Shown: positions 26,333 through 37,416, numbered from the stretch's first letter. The stretch is 64,000 nucleotides of DNA from Candidatus Dadabacteria bacterium (GCA_951812945.1 CATOTB010000006.1:77335-141334), one strand, 5' to 3'. Notes: generated by a model not told the origin, from the letters alone. Program-made: numbers and translations.

Positions 26333-26365
26333 TGATACCCACCGTGTTCTTCGCGGAACCGGGTT

Positions 26366-26791
26366 TCATGCGTAGAGCAGAAATGGATTCTGAACGGTTA
26401 CCGTGCCGTACATGCGACCGTGCTGAAAATCTTCTGAGAACAGTTCTGCTATGCCGTGAACTTCAGCGTAAGCCCAGATATGGGCATCAAACCACGACAA
26501 GCCGTATGCCGCCGTCCCGCGCAGAGCCATTCGCAGCACAGATTCATCGGGGTAAATAACCGGGAACTGGGCCATCAGTTCTTCTGCTTCACGTATCGCG
26601 TCTGGAAGATCAAGTATGCGATTTTCGGGCGCTCCCCGGGTTGTTGCCGCGACGAATTCAATGATTGATTGGTGTGCGATACGCACATGCCCTCTCTCGG
26701 CTCCTTCGCGAACAACATGCCTCGCAATTCGTTTTTTGTCCGGGAACCGACCGTCGTAACAATAAATCAATATGTTGGTGTCAATCAGCAT
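26366..26791 (-). CDS. vapC: PIN-domain toxin VapC
   Basis: 141 aa, MLIDTNILIY...D...E...D PIN pattern. Overlaps the upstream antitoxin gene by 11 nt. Confidence 0.75.
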   Translation of the reverse strand: MLIDTNILIYCYDGRFPDKKRIARHVVREGAERGHVRIAHQSIIEFVAATTRGAPENRILDLPDAIREAEELMAQFPVIYPDESVLRMALRGTAAYGLSWFDAHIWAYAEVHGIAELFSEDFQHGRMYGTVTVQNPFLLYA

Positions 26792-27077
26792 TTGAGCTGC
26801 CCCGAGTGTAGAGTTCTTCCCGGGTCCAGCCTCGCTCAGTTGCCGGGGACACTGGTTTCACCGCTTCACGGGCATCCTGTCGGGCCATTGCCTCATCAAA
26901 CATACGCAGACGCGCTTCGGTGTCGAGTTGCTTTTTCTGCGTCCGGGCATTTGCGGGCACCACGCGGATGGTTTCTCCGGCCTCCTCAAAACGTATATCA
27001 TCTCCTGGCCGAATGCCGTAACGCTCGGCAATTGCTTTTGGCACTGTTACCTGTAATTTGCTGCTGACTTTAGACAT
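26781..27077 (-). CDS. vapB: Antitoxin VapB, AbrB/MazE (SpoVT) fold
   Basis: 98 aa with an N-terminal swapped-hairpin pattern VTVPKAIAERYGIRPGDDIRFEEAGETIRVVP. Confidence 0.7.
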   Translation of the reverse strand: MSKVSSKLQVTVPKAIAERYGIRPGDDIRFEEAGETIRVVPANARTQKKQLDTEARLRMFDEAMARQDAREAVKPVSPATERGWTREELYTRGSSNAD

Positions 27078-27163
27078 ATCTTTACTTTATCAAAGAAAAT
27101 TTCTTTGTCAATCATGTGATAACCTTTCCACCGGGTTTTCTTACCGGTTAGAATTACCCGGCA

Positions 27164-28408
27164 ATGTGCGTTGAGGTAATCACGACCGGAAACGAAATAA
27201 TGAGCGGTCTTACCCGGGATACCAACTTCAGCTGGGTAGCCGCGGAACTGTCCTCATCCGGTATTGAGGTTAAGCACCACTGCGCGGTTGCTGATGATCT
27301 TGAGGATCTTCTTGCTTCTTTTGCCACGGCATCAAAGAGGGCCAGATTTGTTATAGTCACAGGAGGGCTCGGTCCCACCGAGGATGATCTGAGCTCGCTT
27401 GCCGCCTCAAAGTTTCTTGGAACTCCCCTTGTTTTCAATCCGGCAGTCTATGAAGACATCGCCCGAAAACTTAGGAAGAGGGGAAGGGAGCCCAACATCC
27501 ATCATGAAAAACAGGCCATGTTTCCCGAGGAAACGACGGTTATCGAAAATCCCGTCGGCACGGCATCCGGCTTCAGCTTTGTTTCCGGCAACTCGAAATT
27601 CTACTTTCTTCCCGGTGTCCCAAGGGAATTCAGGCGAATGTTCTCAGAACATGTCTTCCCGGATATAAGCGGTGCCGTGGAAAAAGGGAAAATCCTGCGC
27701 GTGAGGGTGCTTAAGACCTTCGGCCTCGGCGAATCCGAAGTAGCGGAAAAGCTTGAGGGCTTCTCCCCCGAAGGGGTGGATGTTGGATACAGGATCCGCC
27801 TGCCCGAGATTCACCTTCGGCTCACGGCTTCGGGCCATGACGGCGAGGTGCTGGATTCGCTGCTGCGCGATGCCTGCGTGCAGACGAAAGAAAGGCTGGG
27901 GAACTTTCTCTTTTCCCAATGGGAGGAGAGCCTTTGGGAAGTAACCGCATCTCTGCTACTTGAAAAAGACCTGACCCTCTCTGCTGCGGAGTCCTGCACG
28001 GGAGGGCTTTGCTCGAGCCGGTTTACGGACATTCCCGGAAGTTCGACTTATTTTCTGGGTGGAGCTGTGGTTTACAGTAACGATTCCAAGGAAAAACTCC
28101 TCGGGGTAAGCGCGGAGACCCTTGCGCAGTTCGGCGCGGTGAGCGGGGAGGTGGTCTCCGAGATGGCCCGCGGGGCAAGAGATCTGTTTGGAAGCGATAT
28201 AGGGCTCTCCATATCCGGGATTGCGGGTCCGGGTGGCGGAACCGTGGAGAAGCCCGTGGGTACGGTGTGGTTCGGATTCAGTCATGTCTCCTCGGGGACT
28301 TTCTGTGAGAGGAAAAATTTTACGGGCACGAGGGATGAGATAAAAAACTTTGCCGCCGCAACGGCGATCGATATGGTTAGGAAGTTCTGCCTCGATTATG
28401 TAGCATAG
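27164..28408 (+). CDS. cinA: CinA family competence/damage-inducible protein (with a C-terminal PncC-like domain)
   Basis: 414 aa. N-terminal MoCF-binding-like domain VEVITTGNEIMSG and a C-terminal CinA domain. Immediately upstream of recA. Confidence 0.85.
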   Translation: MCVEVITTGNEIMSGLTRDTNFSWVAAELSSSGIEVKHHCAVADDLEDLLASFATASKRARFVIVTGGLGPTEDDLSSLAASKFLGTPLVFNPAVYEDIARKLRKRGREPNIHHEKQAMFPEETTVIENPVGTASGFSFVSGNSKFYFLPGVPREFRRMFSEHVFPDISGAVEKGKILRVRVLKTFGLGESEVAEKLEGFSPEGVDVGYRIRLPEIHLRLTASGHDGEVLDSLLRDACVQTKERLGNFLFSQWEESLWEVTASLLLEKDLTLSAAESCTGGLCSSRFTDIPGSSTYFLGGAVVYSNDSKEKLLGVSAETLAQFGAVSGEVVSEMARGARDLFGSDIGLSISGIAGPGGGTVEKPVGTVWFGFSHVSSGTFCERKNFTGTRDEIKNFAAATAIDMVRKFCLDYVA

Positions 28409-28451
28409 TAGCTTTAGAACCCCAAAAAACCAGAATGGAGATTAAAACGGA

Positions 28452-29471
28452 ATGAGCGATACCGACGAGAAAAACAAGAGCATAAACGTAGCCATTGATA
28501 CGATAGAGAAGCAGTTTGGAAAGGGCTCCATAATGAGACTTGGCGAGGATGCATCTCTCGCCGATATTCCGGTGATTACCTCGGGCTCCCTAGGGCTCGA
28601 CATAGCGCTTGGCGTCGGAGGTTTTCCCAGGGGAAGGATCGTCGAGGTTTACGGTCCGGAGGCCTCGGGCAAGACCACCATAGCGCTCCACGCCATCGCC
28701 GAAGCCCAGAGGGCCGGCGGAATAACGGCTTTTGTCGACGCCGAACACTCTCTTTCCACAAGTTACGCGGCGGCGCTCGGTATCAAGGTGGAAGATCTTC
28801 TTATTTCCCAGCCTGATTTCGGAGAACAGGCCCTTGAGATCGTCGATACCCTCATAAGAAGCAACGCGGTTGATCTCATAGTGCTTGACTCGGTCGCGGC
28901 CCTTACCCCGCGCGCCGAAATCGAAGGGGAGATGGGAGACACTCACGTAGGTCTTCAGGCGAGGCTGATGTCGCAGGCGCTTCGCAAGATCACGGCTAAC
29001 GTCAGCCGCTCAAAGACCATAGTGATTTTCGTTAACCAGCTTCGCATGAAAATCGGGGTTCCGGCGTATATGAACCCCGAAACCACCACTGGCGGTAACG
29101 CTCTTCGGTTCTATTCATCGGTGAGAGTTGACATAAGGCGCATTGGATCTCTTAAGGACGGCGACCGTATAATTGGCAACAGGGTCAGGGCGAAGCTTGT
29201 CAAGAACAAAGTCGCCCCGCCTTTTAGGGAAGCGGAATTCGAGGTGATTTTCGGAAGGGGAATATCAAAACTCGGGGAGCTTGTGGACCTGGGAACTAAA
29301 TTCAATGTGGTAAAGAAAAGCGGGACTTGGTATTCCTATGACGGGGAGAGAATGGGGCAGGGAAGGGAGAACTCCAAGAAGTTTCTGCACGAAAATCCGG
29401 AAATTCGGGAAAAGATAAGAGACGAGATCATAAAAGCCTCGGGGATGGGTTCCTCTGAGGAAGCGGAGTAA
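28452..29471 (+). CDS. recA: Recombinase RecA
   Basis: 339 aa. Walker [10 protein letters not shown] plus the conserved RecA core. Confidence 0.95.
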   Translation: MSDTDEKNKSINVAIDTIEKQFGKGSIMRLGEDASLADIPVITSGSLGLDIALGVGGFPRGRIVEVYGPEASGKTTIALHAIAEAQRAGGITAFVDAEHSLSTSYAAALGIKVEDLLISQPDFGEQALEIVDTLIRSNAVDLIVLDSVAALTPRAEIEGEMGDTHVGLQARLMSQALRKITANVSRSKTIVIFVNQLRMKIGVPAYMNPETTTGGNALRFYSSVRVDIRRIGSLKDGDRIIGNRVRAKLVKNKVAPPFREAEFEVIFGRGISKLGELVDLGTKFNVVKKSGTWYSYDGERMGQGRENSKKFLHENPEIREKIRDEIIKASGMGSSEEAE

Positions 29472-29573
29472 GGGAAAACCCCGAAAAAAGTTTCTGCTGT
29501 GCCGAATCCACTAAATCTGAGCCCATAACTCTCACTCCTGAATGTCCATTTTTGCCATATTTAAAAGATACAC

Positions 29574-30236
29574 ATGAAGATTCTGGGAATTGAAACCTCT
29601 ACTTTTTCGGGAAGCGTGTCAATATCCGATGACGACACGATTCTTTGCGAATATGTTTTCAACACCGGTCCAAGGCATAACGAGGTGCTTATTCCCACGA
29701 TCGAGCGGCTTCTTTCGGATTGCGGGTTCGGAAAAAATGATCTGGATGCGGTCTGCGTGTCAACGGGTCCGGGTTCTTTCACCTCACTTCGCATAGGGGT
29801 GTCCACCGCGAAGGCGCTTTGCTATTCTTTGGGGATGGACCTTGCGGGAGTTCCTTCACTTGAGATTCTTGCCTCAAATGCGTTTTGGTCGGGAAACGAC
29901 GTGTGTGCCATGACCGACGCGGGCAGAGGAGAGGTTTTCTTTTCATTTTATGATCTCAGAGGCGAAGAAATGAACCCTGCGGAAATTGCCACACCTGAGT
30001 CTGTGTGCACTAGGGTAAGGGAAAAGACTGTTTTTGTGGGCAGCGGGGCCCTGCTTCACGAAAATCTCATACGGGAAACGTTGGGGAAGAGCGCTGTGTT
30101 CCTGCCTGCGAATCTGAACACTCCCAGAGCGTCCGGCTGCGCGCTTCTGGGAAGAAAAAAGATTCTCTCCGGACAAAAGGACGATCCCTTCACTTTAACT
30201 CCCTTCTATCTTCGCCGCTCTGCAGCGGAACGCTAA
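29574..30236 (+). CDS. tsaB: tRNA threonylcarbamoyladenosine biosynthesis protein TsaB (YeaZ)
   Basis: 220 aa. MKILGIETSTF..., an inactive Kae1-like ASKHA fold pattern. Confidence 0.8.
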   Translation: MKILGIETSTFSGSVSISDDDTILCEYVFNTGPRHNEVLIPTIERLLSDCGFGKNDLDAVCVSTGPGSFTSLRIGVSTAKALCYSLGMDLAGVPSLEILASNAFWSGNDVCAMTDAGRGEVFFSFYDLRGEEMNPAEIATPESVCTRVREKTVFVGSGALLHENLIRETLGKSAVFLPANLNTPRASGCALLGRKKILSGQKDDPFTLTPFYLRRSAAER

Positions 30237-30371
30237 GCCGTGTTGCCCAAGCCGGGGCAGGAATCTTTTTCCCTGGCGGTCTTGAAGTTGTCCACGCGCG
30301 GTGATAGATTAAGCGGGGTGAGGTTTTTTCAGCACTCCATATTTTAAAGATAATCAGGGAGATAGGATAAA

Positions 30372-32084
30372 ATGGCCAAGATGCTCGGCGCACAGATGTT
30401 CTTTGAGACGCTTCTTCACCAGGGTATTGACGTGGTCTTCGGACTGCCGGGAGGTTACGTTCTCAAGGTCTACGACGTGATGACCGACTATACGGACAGA
30501 ATAAACCATGTGCTCGTGAGGCATGAGCAGGGAGCTACGCACATGGCCGACGGGTACGCAAGAGCTTCGGGAAAACCGGGAGTGGTACTCTGCACCTCGG
30601 GTCCTGCTGCAACCAACACCGTTACCGGCATAGCGACGGCACAGATGGATTCATCTCCTATAGTTATCTTTACGGGACAGGTTCCTACTCAGTACCTTGG
30701 AAGCGATGCTTTTCAGGAGGCCGACCATATCGGCATAACAAGACCCTGCACGAAACATAACTACCTTGTACGGGAAACCCGGGATCTTCCTAGAGCGATG
30801 AAAGAGGCTTTCCACATAGCTGGCACCGGAAGACCCAGCCCGGTTCTGGTTGATATGCCGAAGGACGTCCTCATAGGAGAAGACGAGCTTGTAATCCCCG
30901 AGGATCATGAGATAGATATCAAAGGCTACAAGCCCACTACGAGGGGAAATCCTTCGCAGATAAAAAGAGCGGTGGAAATGCTGCTTGCCTCAAAGCGACC
31001 CGTTATTTATTCCGGGGGAGGAGTTATCTGGTCCGGGGCTACGGATGAATTGCTTGAGTTCTGCCACCGGCTTCAGATACCTGTAGCTTCAACCCTTATG
31101 GGCCTGGGTGGTTATCCAGCGAGCGATCCGCTTTTCATAAGCATGCTCGGGATGCACGGTTCCTACGCCGCCAATATGACCGTTACCGAATCGGACCTCG
31201 TTATCTCGATTGGCGGGCGGTTTGATGACAGGGCTACGGGCGGAAACTTTGATGAATTCGCCCCCAACGCGGAGATTATCCATATAGACATAGACCCATC
31301 CTCGATAGACAAGAACATAACGGTTCAGTGTCCGATAGTAGGGGATGCCAAAGTTGTGCTGCGCCAGATACTCGATGCTCTTCCCGGGGAGATTGACCTT
31401 GAGGGGAGGGAATCCTGGCTCAGGCGAATACGGGACTGGAACGAGAAGCATCCGCTCACCTATTGCCAGGGAAGCGAGAAAATTCTGACGACCTACGCCA
31501 TAGACACGCTTTACAAGCTTACGAAAGGAGACGCCATAATAGTTTCCGACGTGGGTCAGCACCAGATGTGGGTAGCCCAGTTCTACAAGTTCGAAAGACC
31601 GAGAACCCATCTTACCTCGGGGGGCTTGGGAACCATGGGATTCAGTTTCCCCGCGGCTATGGGAGCGAAATACGCAAGACCCGATGAGCAGGTTATATGC
31701 GTTGCCGGCGACGGAAGCTTCCAGATGAATTTCCAGGAACTTGCGACTGCGGTTGAAAACAATCTGGATCTTAAGATTATCGTTTTCAACAACCGTCATC
31801 ACGGGATGGTAAGGCAATGGCAGACGATGTTTTTTGGGGGCAATTACTCGGCATCTCGCTTTGAAGTGCTGCCGGATTTCGTGAAGCTCGCAGAAGCGTT
31901 TGGAGCCCGTGGCCTTCGGGCAGTGAAGCCCGAGGAGCTTGAGCCCACTCTCAGGGAAGGCCTTAACACTCCGGGAGTTGTCCTCATGGAGATAGAAGTC
32001 GATTGTACGGAAATGGTTTATCCGATGATAGCCCCCGGTGCATCGATGGACAACATGATAATGATGCCCGCGGATCTTGCCTGA
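30372..32084 (+). CDS. ilvB: Thiamine-diphosphate enzyme, acetolactate synthase large subunit-like
   Basis: 570 aa. N-terminal TPP-pyrimidine domain, and a C-terminal GDGSFQMN TPP-binding motif. Confidence 0.75.
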   Translation: MAKMLGAQMFFETLLHQGIDVVFGLPGGYVLKVYDVMTDYTDRINHVLVRHEQGATHMADGYARASGKPGVVLCTSGPAATNTVTGIATAQMDSSPIVIFTGQVPTQYLGSDAFQEADHIGITRPCTKHNYLVRETRDLPRAMKEAFHIAGTGRPSPVLVDMPKDVLIGEDELVIPEDHEIDIKGYKPTTRGNPSQIKRAVEMLLASKRPVIYSGGGVIWSGATDELLEFCHRLQIPVASTLMGLGGYPASDPLFISMLGMHGSYAANMTVTESDLVISIGGRFDDRATGGNFDEFAPNAEIIHIDIDPSSIDKNITVQCPIVGDAKVVLRQILDALPGEIDLEGRESWLRRIRDWNEKHPLTYCQGSEKILTTYAIDTLYKLTKGDAIIVSDVGQHQMWVAQFYKFERPRTHLTSGGLGTMGFSFPAAMGAKYARPDEQVICVAGDGSFQMNFQELATAVENNLDLKIIVFNNRHHGMVRQWQTMFFGGNYSASRFEVLPDFVKLAEAFGARGLRAVKPEELEPTLREGLNTPGVVLMEIEVDCTEMVYPMIAPGASMDNMIMMPADLA

Positions 32085-32163
32085 TACCCCGCGAGGCTTT
32101 CCGGACCGAACTCAAGGTTCTTTTCCCGCTTTCATATATACTTTTGCGTAAGACTGTGCATTA

Positions 32164-34605
32164 GTGTCTTCCGGTATCGTTATGGCTTCAGGAAAAATTG
32201 TTCAGGTAGCTTTGCCGATTCATTCCGAACAGCTTTTTCTATATTCGGTTCCGAAGCGTTTCCGGCAAGGGATCGCTACGGGAAAGAGAGTGTTTGTTCC
32301 ACTCGGAAACCGCAAGGCCATAGGATATGTGGTAGGAGATACGGCAGAACGGAAAGTCGATTTCCAGCTAAAGGATGTAATCGACATCCTTGATGAATTG
32401 CCGCTTTTTGACGAGAAGCGCCTGGAATTTTTCCGCTGGGTTTCTGAGTACTACATGGCGCCTCTCGGAATCGTGCTTAAATTTGCCCATCCTTCCGGGC
32501 TTGGTAAAAGCGTCGGGAAAACCGTGCGGATCACGGAGGAGGGGAAAAGCCACCTTAAGGAGGCGGGCCTGAACCGTCTCGAGAAAAAAATCCTGGAAAC
32601 TCTTCTGCTCGAAGGAGAACTCGCCTCGGAGAAGCTTATCGAACTCAGCGGCGGGGCGTCGCTTGAGAACCTCAACTCTCTTAAGAGAAGAGTGCATATA
32701 GAATTTGACTACAGGGTTATAAGAGATGAGAAGGTAAAGTACGAGAAGATCTATGGAATCTCCTGCGACCCCGACACTGTCTCGGAGGTTAGGCGGAAAA
32801 AACCAGCCAAGGGTGCCATACTTGAATTTATAAGTAGCCGGGATTCTACGCCCCACTCGGAACTAAAAGAGATATTCGGCAGTTTCACGGCCCACGTAAA
32901 GTGGCTTGTGGATAACGCTCTGATCTCCGTGGAGCAAAAAGAAATCGGAAGGGACCCCTACGGCGCGCTTGACGCGGAGGAGGAGCCGCCTGAGAAACTT
33001 ACCCAGGATCAGCGTATGGCTATGGAGAAAATCCTGCCTTACGTCAAGATGGGGGAGTACCGCTGCTTTCTCCTTCACGGTGTTACGGGAAGCGGAAAGA
33101 CGGAGGTCTACTTGAGGACCGTAAGCGAAGTCATAGCCGGGGGGAAACAGGCGATTGTTCTTGTTCCCGAAATAGCGCTTACCCCGCTTCTGGTGAGGAT
33201 GTTCCGTTCACGTTTTGGCGATGCGGTATCGGTGATTCACAGCGCTCTCAGCGATGGCGAGAGGTTTGACGTGTGGAGAAAGGCCCGCAGCGGAGATCTG
33301 AGCGTGGTTATAGGCGCCCGCTCCGCGGTTTTCGCTCCGCTTGAGAATCTTGGCCTCGTGGTGGTTGACGAGGAGCATGAATCCTCCTACAAGCAGAACG
33401 AGGCGCCATGTTACAACGCCCGCGACGCCGCGGTCATGCTTGGAAACATATATGGCTGTCCGGTGCTACTGGGTTCCGCGACTCCCTCACTTGAATCCTA
33501 CGCGAACGCGATCAGGGGCAAGTACGAATATCTTTCTCTTCCCGCAAGGGTGGGGACTAGCAGGCTTCCCGAAGTTGAGCTCGTGGATATGAAAAACGTG
33601 AACGAAAGCGTTTTCTCTCCGCGTCTCAAAAACGCCCTAGTGGAGAATTTCAGCCGCGGGGAACAATCGATTCTTTTTATCAACAGGAGAGGTTTTTCAA
33701 GCTTTCTGGTATGCGGGGACTGCGGTGAAATCTTCAGGTGCCCTAACTGCTCTATAACCCTTACCTTTCACAAAAAAGATAATTCAATCAAGTGCCATTA
33801 CTGCGGAATCAGGCAGGAATTCGAAAACATCTGCTTAAGCTGCGGGGCCAAATACATGGGCAAGGGTCTCGGGACTCAGAAAGTAGAGGAGCAGGTAAAG
33901 AGCATGCTTCCCGATGCCAGGGTTTTCGTTATGGACAGGGATTACACCCGCGGGAAAACCAAACTTCTTGACCTTTACAAAAAGCTTGAGTCCGGGGAGG
34001 TGGACGTTCTTGTCGGGACTCAGATGGTAGCCAAGGGACATGATCTGCCGGGGGTTACGCTTGTCGGCGTTCTCTCAGCCGATCATATGCTGGGGATTCC
34101 CGACTTCCGCTCGGGAGAAAGAACTTTCCAGGTGCTCACACAGGTAGCCGGAAGAACGGGCAGGGGGATAAAACCCGGGGCGGTCATTCTGCAGACACAT
34201 AACCCCGATCATCCTTCGGTAAGATTTGCCGTTACCCATAACAGTTCCGGGTTTCTCGAAGAGGAACTGGAGCTTAGAAGATCCCTCGACCAGCCTCCTT
34301 TTTCGAGGTTCATATCTCTTAGAGTAAACGGACTTGATGAGGAGAAAACACGGGATTTCGCCGAAAGAATGAAGCGCACGGCCGAAAGATTTCTTCTCAA
34401 TCTTCCGCCCGGATCGCTCAGAGTACTCGGCCCCTCCGAGGCTCCCATATACAAACTCAGAAACAGGTTCAGATGGCAGATCATTATCGCGTCAGGGAAT
34501 CTGGGGCTGCTTCGGAACTACGCCTCGGCACTTTACGATTCGTTGAAAAAGCACGCCTCGGGAATTAAGCTTGTAGTTGATGTTGATCCCTATGATTTTA
34601 TGTGA
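32164..34605 (+). CDS. priA: Primosomal protein N' (PriA helicase)
   Basis: 813 aa. Walker A GVTGSGKTEVY, DEEH box, and a Cys4 zinc-binding region CPNC...CHYCG. Confidence 0.9.
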   Translation: MSSGIVMASGKIVQVALPIHSEQLFLYSVPKRFRQGIATGKRVFVPLGNRKAIGYVVGDTAERKVDFQLKDVIDILDELPLFDEKRLEFFRWVSEYYMAPLGIVLKFAHPSGLGKSVGKTVRITEEGKSHLKEAGLNRLEKKILETLLLEGELASEKLIELSGGASLENLNSLKRRVHIEFDYRVIRDEKVKYEKIYGISCDPDTVSEVRRKKPAKGAILEFISSRDSTPHSELKEIFGSFTAHVKWLVDNALISVEQKEIGRDPYGALDAEEEPPEKLTQDQRMAMEKILPYVKMGEYRCFLLHGVTGSGKTEVYLRTVSEVIAGGKQAIVLVPEIALTPLLVRMFRSRFGDAVSVIHSALSDGERFDVWRKARSGDLSVVIGARSAVFAPLENLGLVVVDEEHESSYKQNEAPCYNARDAAVMLGNIYGCPVLLGSATPSLESYANAIRGKYEYLSLPARVGTSRLPEVELVDMKNVNESVFSPRLKNALVENFSRGEQSILFINRRGFSSFLVCGDCGEIFRCPNCSITLTFHKKDNSIKCHYCGIRQEFENICLSCGAKYMGKGLGTQKVEEQVKSMLPDARVFVMDRDYTRGKTKLLDLYKKLESGEVDVLVGTQMVAKGHDLPGVTLVGVLSADHMLGIPDFRSGERTFQVLTQVAGRTGRGIKPGAVILQTHNPDHPSVRFAVTHNSSGFLEEELELRRSLDQPPFSRFISLRVNGLDEEKTRDFAERMKRTAERFLLNLPPGSLRVLGPSEAPIYKLRNRFRWQIIIASGNLGLLRNYASALYDSLKKHASGIKLVVDVDPYDFM

Positions 34606-34611
34606 CCCGGC

Positions 34612-37416
34612 ATGGTGAAAAAGAAAATCCTTCTTCCCGACGAGGAAAACGCGCGCTTAACCGTTGAGAGATTCCGGGAGATAAACGGCAGACTCTCCGG
34701 GGAAAAAGCAAAAGTCCTCCGCATCATCTCTTCGCACAGCAGATTCCTCGGCAATTCAATCATAAGAAATCCCCGCGCGCTGAACGTACTTACTAATAAA
34801 AAAGCCCTCGGGAGAAAAAAAACGATTTCTTCCCACCGGGCTCCGCTTGCCTCGATTGTGAGGAATTCGAAGGATTCGGAGCGGTTCTCAGAAAGACTCA
34901 AGGAGTACAAGTACACGGAACTCTCTAGAATAATCTACAGAGAAATTCTGGGTCTCTGCGCGTTTCGCCAGACCATGGAGGAGATTTCTGATCTCGCCGT
35001 TTCCGTGGTCAGGGCGGTGCTTGATTTCTACAGGTCCCGAATTGAGGTCGGAGACGAATTAGAATTCGTAGTGCTTGGCATGGGGAAACTGGGCGGGAGA
35101 CTCCTTAACCTCAGTTCCGATATAGACCTCGTTTATCTCTACAGAAGCGAGGACTACGCCGAACAGATATTCACGCTTTCTTCATCAGTTACCAGAACGA
35201 TAAGCTCCGTCACCCCCGGCGGTTTTCTCTACAGAGTCGACCTGGGCCTGCGTCCTGGGGGCAGCAGGAGTCCGGTCGCGGTGTCGGTTGACGCGGCCCT
35301 TGATCATTATTACCACTGGGCCGAGACCTGGGAGAGAGCGGTTCTGCTCAAGGCAACCCCTGTTGCCGGGGATGTTGAGCTCGGTCGCGAATTCCTCAGG
35401 GAACTTGAACCGATAATATACCGCAAGCTGCTTGATTACGAGTCCATAGAGGATCTCAAGGACATGAAGGTTCGTCTCGAGGGCATACGGAAGGAAAACG
35501 ACGTGAAGCTCGGGAGGGGAGGAATAAGGGATATCGAGTTTTTCGTGCAGGCGACCCAGCTTATGAGCGGCGGGGCGGTGAAGAAGCTCAGGGGACTCAT
35601 GAACACTCTTGACGGCCTTTCCGCCATGGCGACGACGGGTTTCATAACAAAACAGGTAAAGGAAGAGATGGAACATTGCTATCTTTTTCTTAGAAAGGTG
35701 GAGCATTCGATTCAGCTCTGGGATGAACTTCAGACGCACAGCATTCCCACGGAGGAGAGTTCGCTCGCCAGACTCTCAAGGAGGATGGGTTTTGAGAGGA
35801 CGGCGGACTTCAGGGCCGCTTATGAAGAGATAACCTCGCTTGTCGTGAAGAACTGCGGGAATCTGTTCTTCGATCCCGGGGTGGAGCTTGAGGAAAAAGG
35901 CAGGGAATTCTGGGAGGTGGCGGATTTTATGGCCGAGGGAAATGTAAACCGCGAGGAGGCGATTTCGACCCTCGGAAATCTCGGGTTCTTGGCGCCGGAC
36001 GACGCGATCGAAATAATATCGAGCCTCATGAATCCCCAAAGGGCCGGACTCACGGAAAGGGGAAGGGTGCTTTCGAGAAAAGTGATACCGGCTTTTCTCT
36101 CAAACATAATCAATCTTAGCGATCAGGACTCTGCGCTTTTAAATCTTGAAAGATTTATCTCCGGTCTAGGTTCCAGAATGTCGGTCTACTTTCTTCTGAC
36201 TGAAAACCCTAAAATCATTCCTCTGCTCTCCAGGCTCTTTTCAAGAGGCGGCATGCTGTCTAATTTTCTTATCAGGCACCCCGAGTATCTTGACTCCATC
36301 ATACTGAAGGATGTGACGCAGTTTTACGATTCGAAAGATGCCATGGCGGGGGCTCTCGGGGAAGCCGTCTCGGAAGAGGAGTCCTTTGAGGAGAAACTCA
36401 ACGCTCTTCGAAGCTTCAAGAACATTGAGTCCCTTAAGCTTTGCTTCAAGGAACTTTCCGAGGACTTGGAACCGATCTACGTGGGAAAATATCTGTCGAT
36501 GGTTGCGGACGTTGTAATGGACTCAAGCCTCGAACTTGCCAAGGATTCCCTTAAGTGCTCTTCGGGAAAGAGAAAGCTTCTTGATAACATGGTCGTCTTG
36601 GGACTTGGTAAGCTCGGAGGAGGGGAAATGAGCTACGCTTCAGACCTGGACATAATCTTCATTTACGAGGGAGATGACCACGAGCTTTTCTCCAAGTACG
36701 GTCAGAGATTCATATCCAATCTTTCGGTTTACACTTCCAAGGGCTTCTGTTACAAGGTGGATGTTGAACTGCGCCCGTCGGGAAATTCGGGTGCCCTAGT
36801 CGCCTCGCTTGAGGCCTTTGAAGAATATCATAATTCAAGTGCTCATATCTGGGAGAGGCAGGCTCTTGTAAAAGCCCGCGCCGTTGCGGGAAACCGCGCG
36901 CTCGGCGAGAAGGTAATGAAAGTCATAGAGAATTTCGTTTATGCGAAAGAGCTCGCTCCGGATTTCCCCGAGGAAATCCACAGGCTGCGCGGGAGGGTCG
37001 AAAAAGAGCTTGCCAACGAGACGGAATCCAGGTTTAACCTGAAGACGGGAAGGGGGGGATTGGTTGACATTGAGTTTCTCATCCAGATGCTTCAGCTTGC
37101 TCATGGTCCCGCAAACCCCGAGCTAAGAACGGCAAACACCATGGAGGCTATCGGGGCGCTTTACAGTGCTGGGCTAATTGAAAGCGGCGAGGCCCTGACG
37201 CTTAGCGAAGGCTATCTATTTTTAAGAAAAATGGGAAATCTGCTGAGTCTTTTCAACGACAGGAGCAAAAACGAAGTCACACAGGGCGATTTCGACCGAA
37301 TGGCGCCTGAGTTCGGTGGTTCCGGTGGAGAGGGAGGTTTTCTCATGTCTGAATACGCGCGCGTGACCGGGAATATCAGGGAAATTTATAACAAATATTT
37401 TGCGGGAAATCCCTGA
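34612..37416 (+). CDS. glnE: Bifunctional glutamine synthetase adenylyltransferase/adenylyl-removing enzyme GlnE
   Basis: 934 aa with two nucleotidyltransferase cores (GMGKLGGRLLNLSSDIDLVYLY and GLGKLGGGEMSYASDLDIIFIYE). Confidence 0.8.
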   Translation: MVKKKILLPDEENARLTVERFREINGRLSGEKAKVLRIISSHSRFLGNSIIRNPRALNVLTNKKALGRKKTISSHRAPLASIVRNSKDSERFSERLKEYKYTELSRIIYREILGLCAFRQTMEEISDLAVSVVRAVLDFYRSRIEVGDELEFVVLGMGKLGGRLLNLSSDIDLVYLYRSEDYAEQIFTLSSSVTRTISSVTPGGFLYRVDLGLRPGGSRSPVAVSVDAALDHYYHWAETWERAVLLKATPVAGDVELGREFLRELEPIIYRKLLDYESIEDLKDMKVRLEGIRKENDVKLGRGGIRDIEFFVQATQLMSGGAVKKLRGLMNTLDGLSAMATTGFITKQVKEEMEHCYLFLRKVEHSIQLWDELQTHSIPTEESSLARLSRRMGFERTADFRAAYEEITSLVVKNCGNLFFDPGVELEEKGREFWEVADFMAEGNVNREEAISTLGNLGFLAPDDAIEIISSLMNPQRAGLTERGRVLSRKVIPAFLSNIINLSDQDSALLNLERFISGLGSRMSVYFLLTENPKIIPLLSRLFSRGGMLSNFLIRHPEYLDSIILKDVTQFYDSKDAMAGALGEAVSEEESFEEKLNALRSFKNIESLKLCFKELSEDLEPIYVGKYLSMVADVVMDSSLELAKDSLKCSSGKRKLLDNMVVLGLGKLGGGEMSYASDLDIIFIYEGDDHELFSKYGQRFISNLSVYTSKGFCYKVDVELRPSGNSGALVASLEAFEEYHNSSAHIWERQALVKARAVAGNRALGEKVMKVIENFVYAKELAPDFPEEIHRLRGRVEKELANETESRFNLKTGRGGLVDIEFLIQMLQLAHGPANPELRTANTMEAIGALYSAGLIESGEALTLSEGYLFLRKMGNLLSLFNDRSKNEVTQGDFDRMAPEFGGSGGEGGFLMSEYARVTGNIREIYNKYFAGNP

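Noticed and set aside
31089-31817. 242-aa minus-strand ORF inside the ALS-like gene
   Set aside because: Antisense shadow. The plus frame carries the TPP-binding motifs.
32164-32178. Alternative downstream start for priA (MASGKIV at 32182)
   Set aside because: Cannot discriminate between the two starts by eye. The longer ORF is kept.
35185-36113. Minus-strand ORFs inside glnE
   Set aside because: Antisense shadows of a 934-aa ORF with two nucleotidyltransferase cores.
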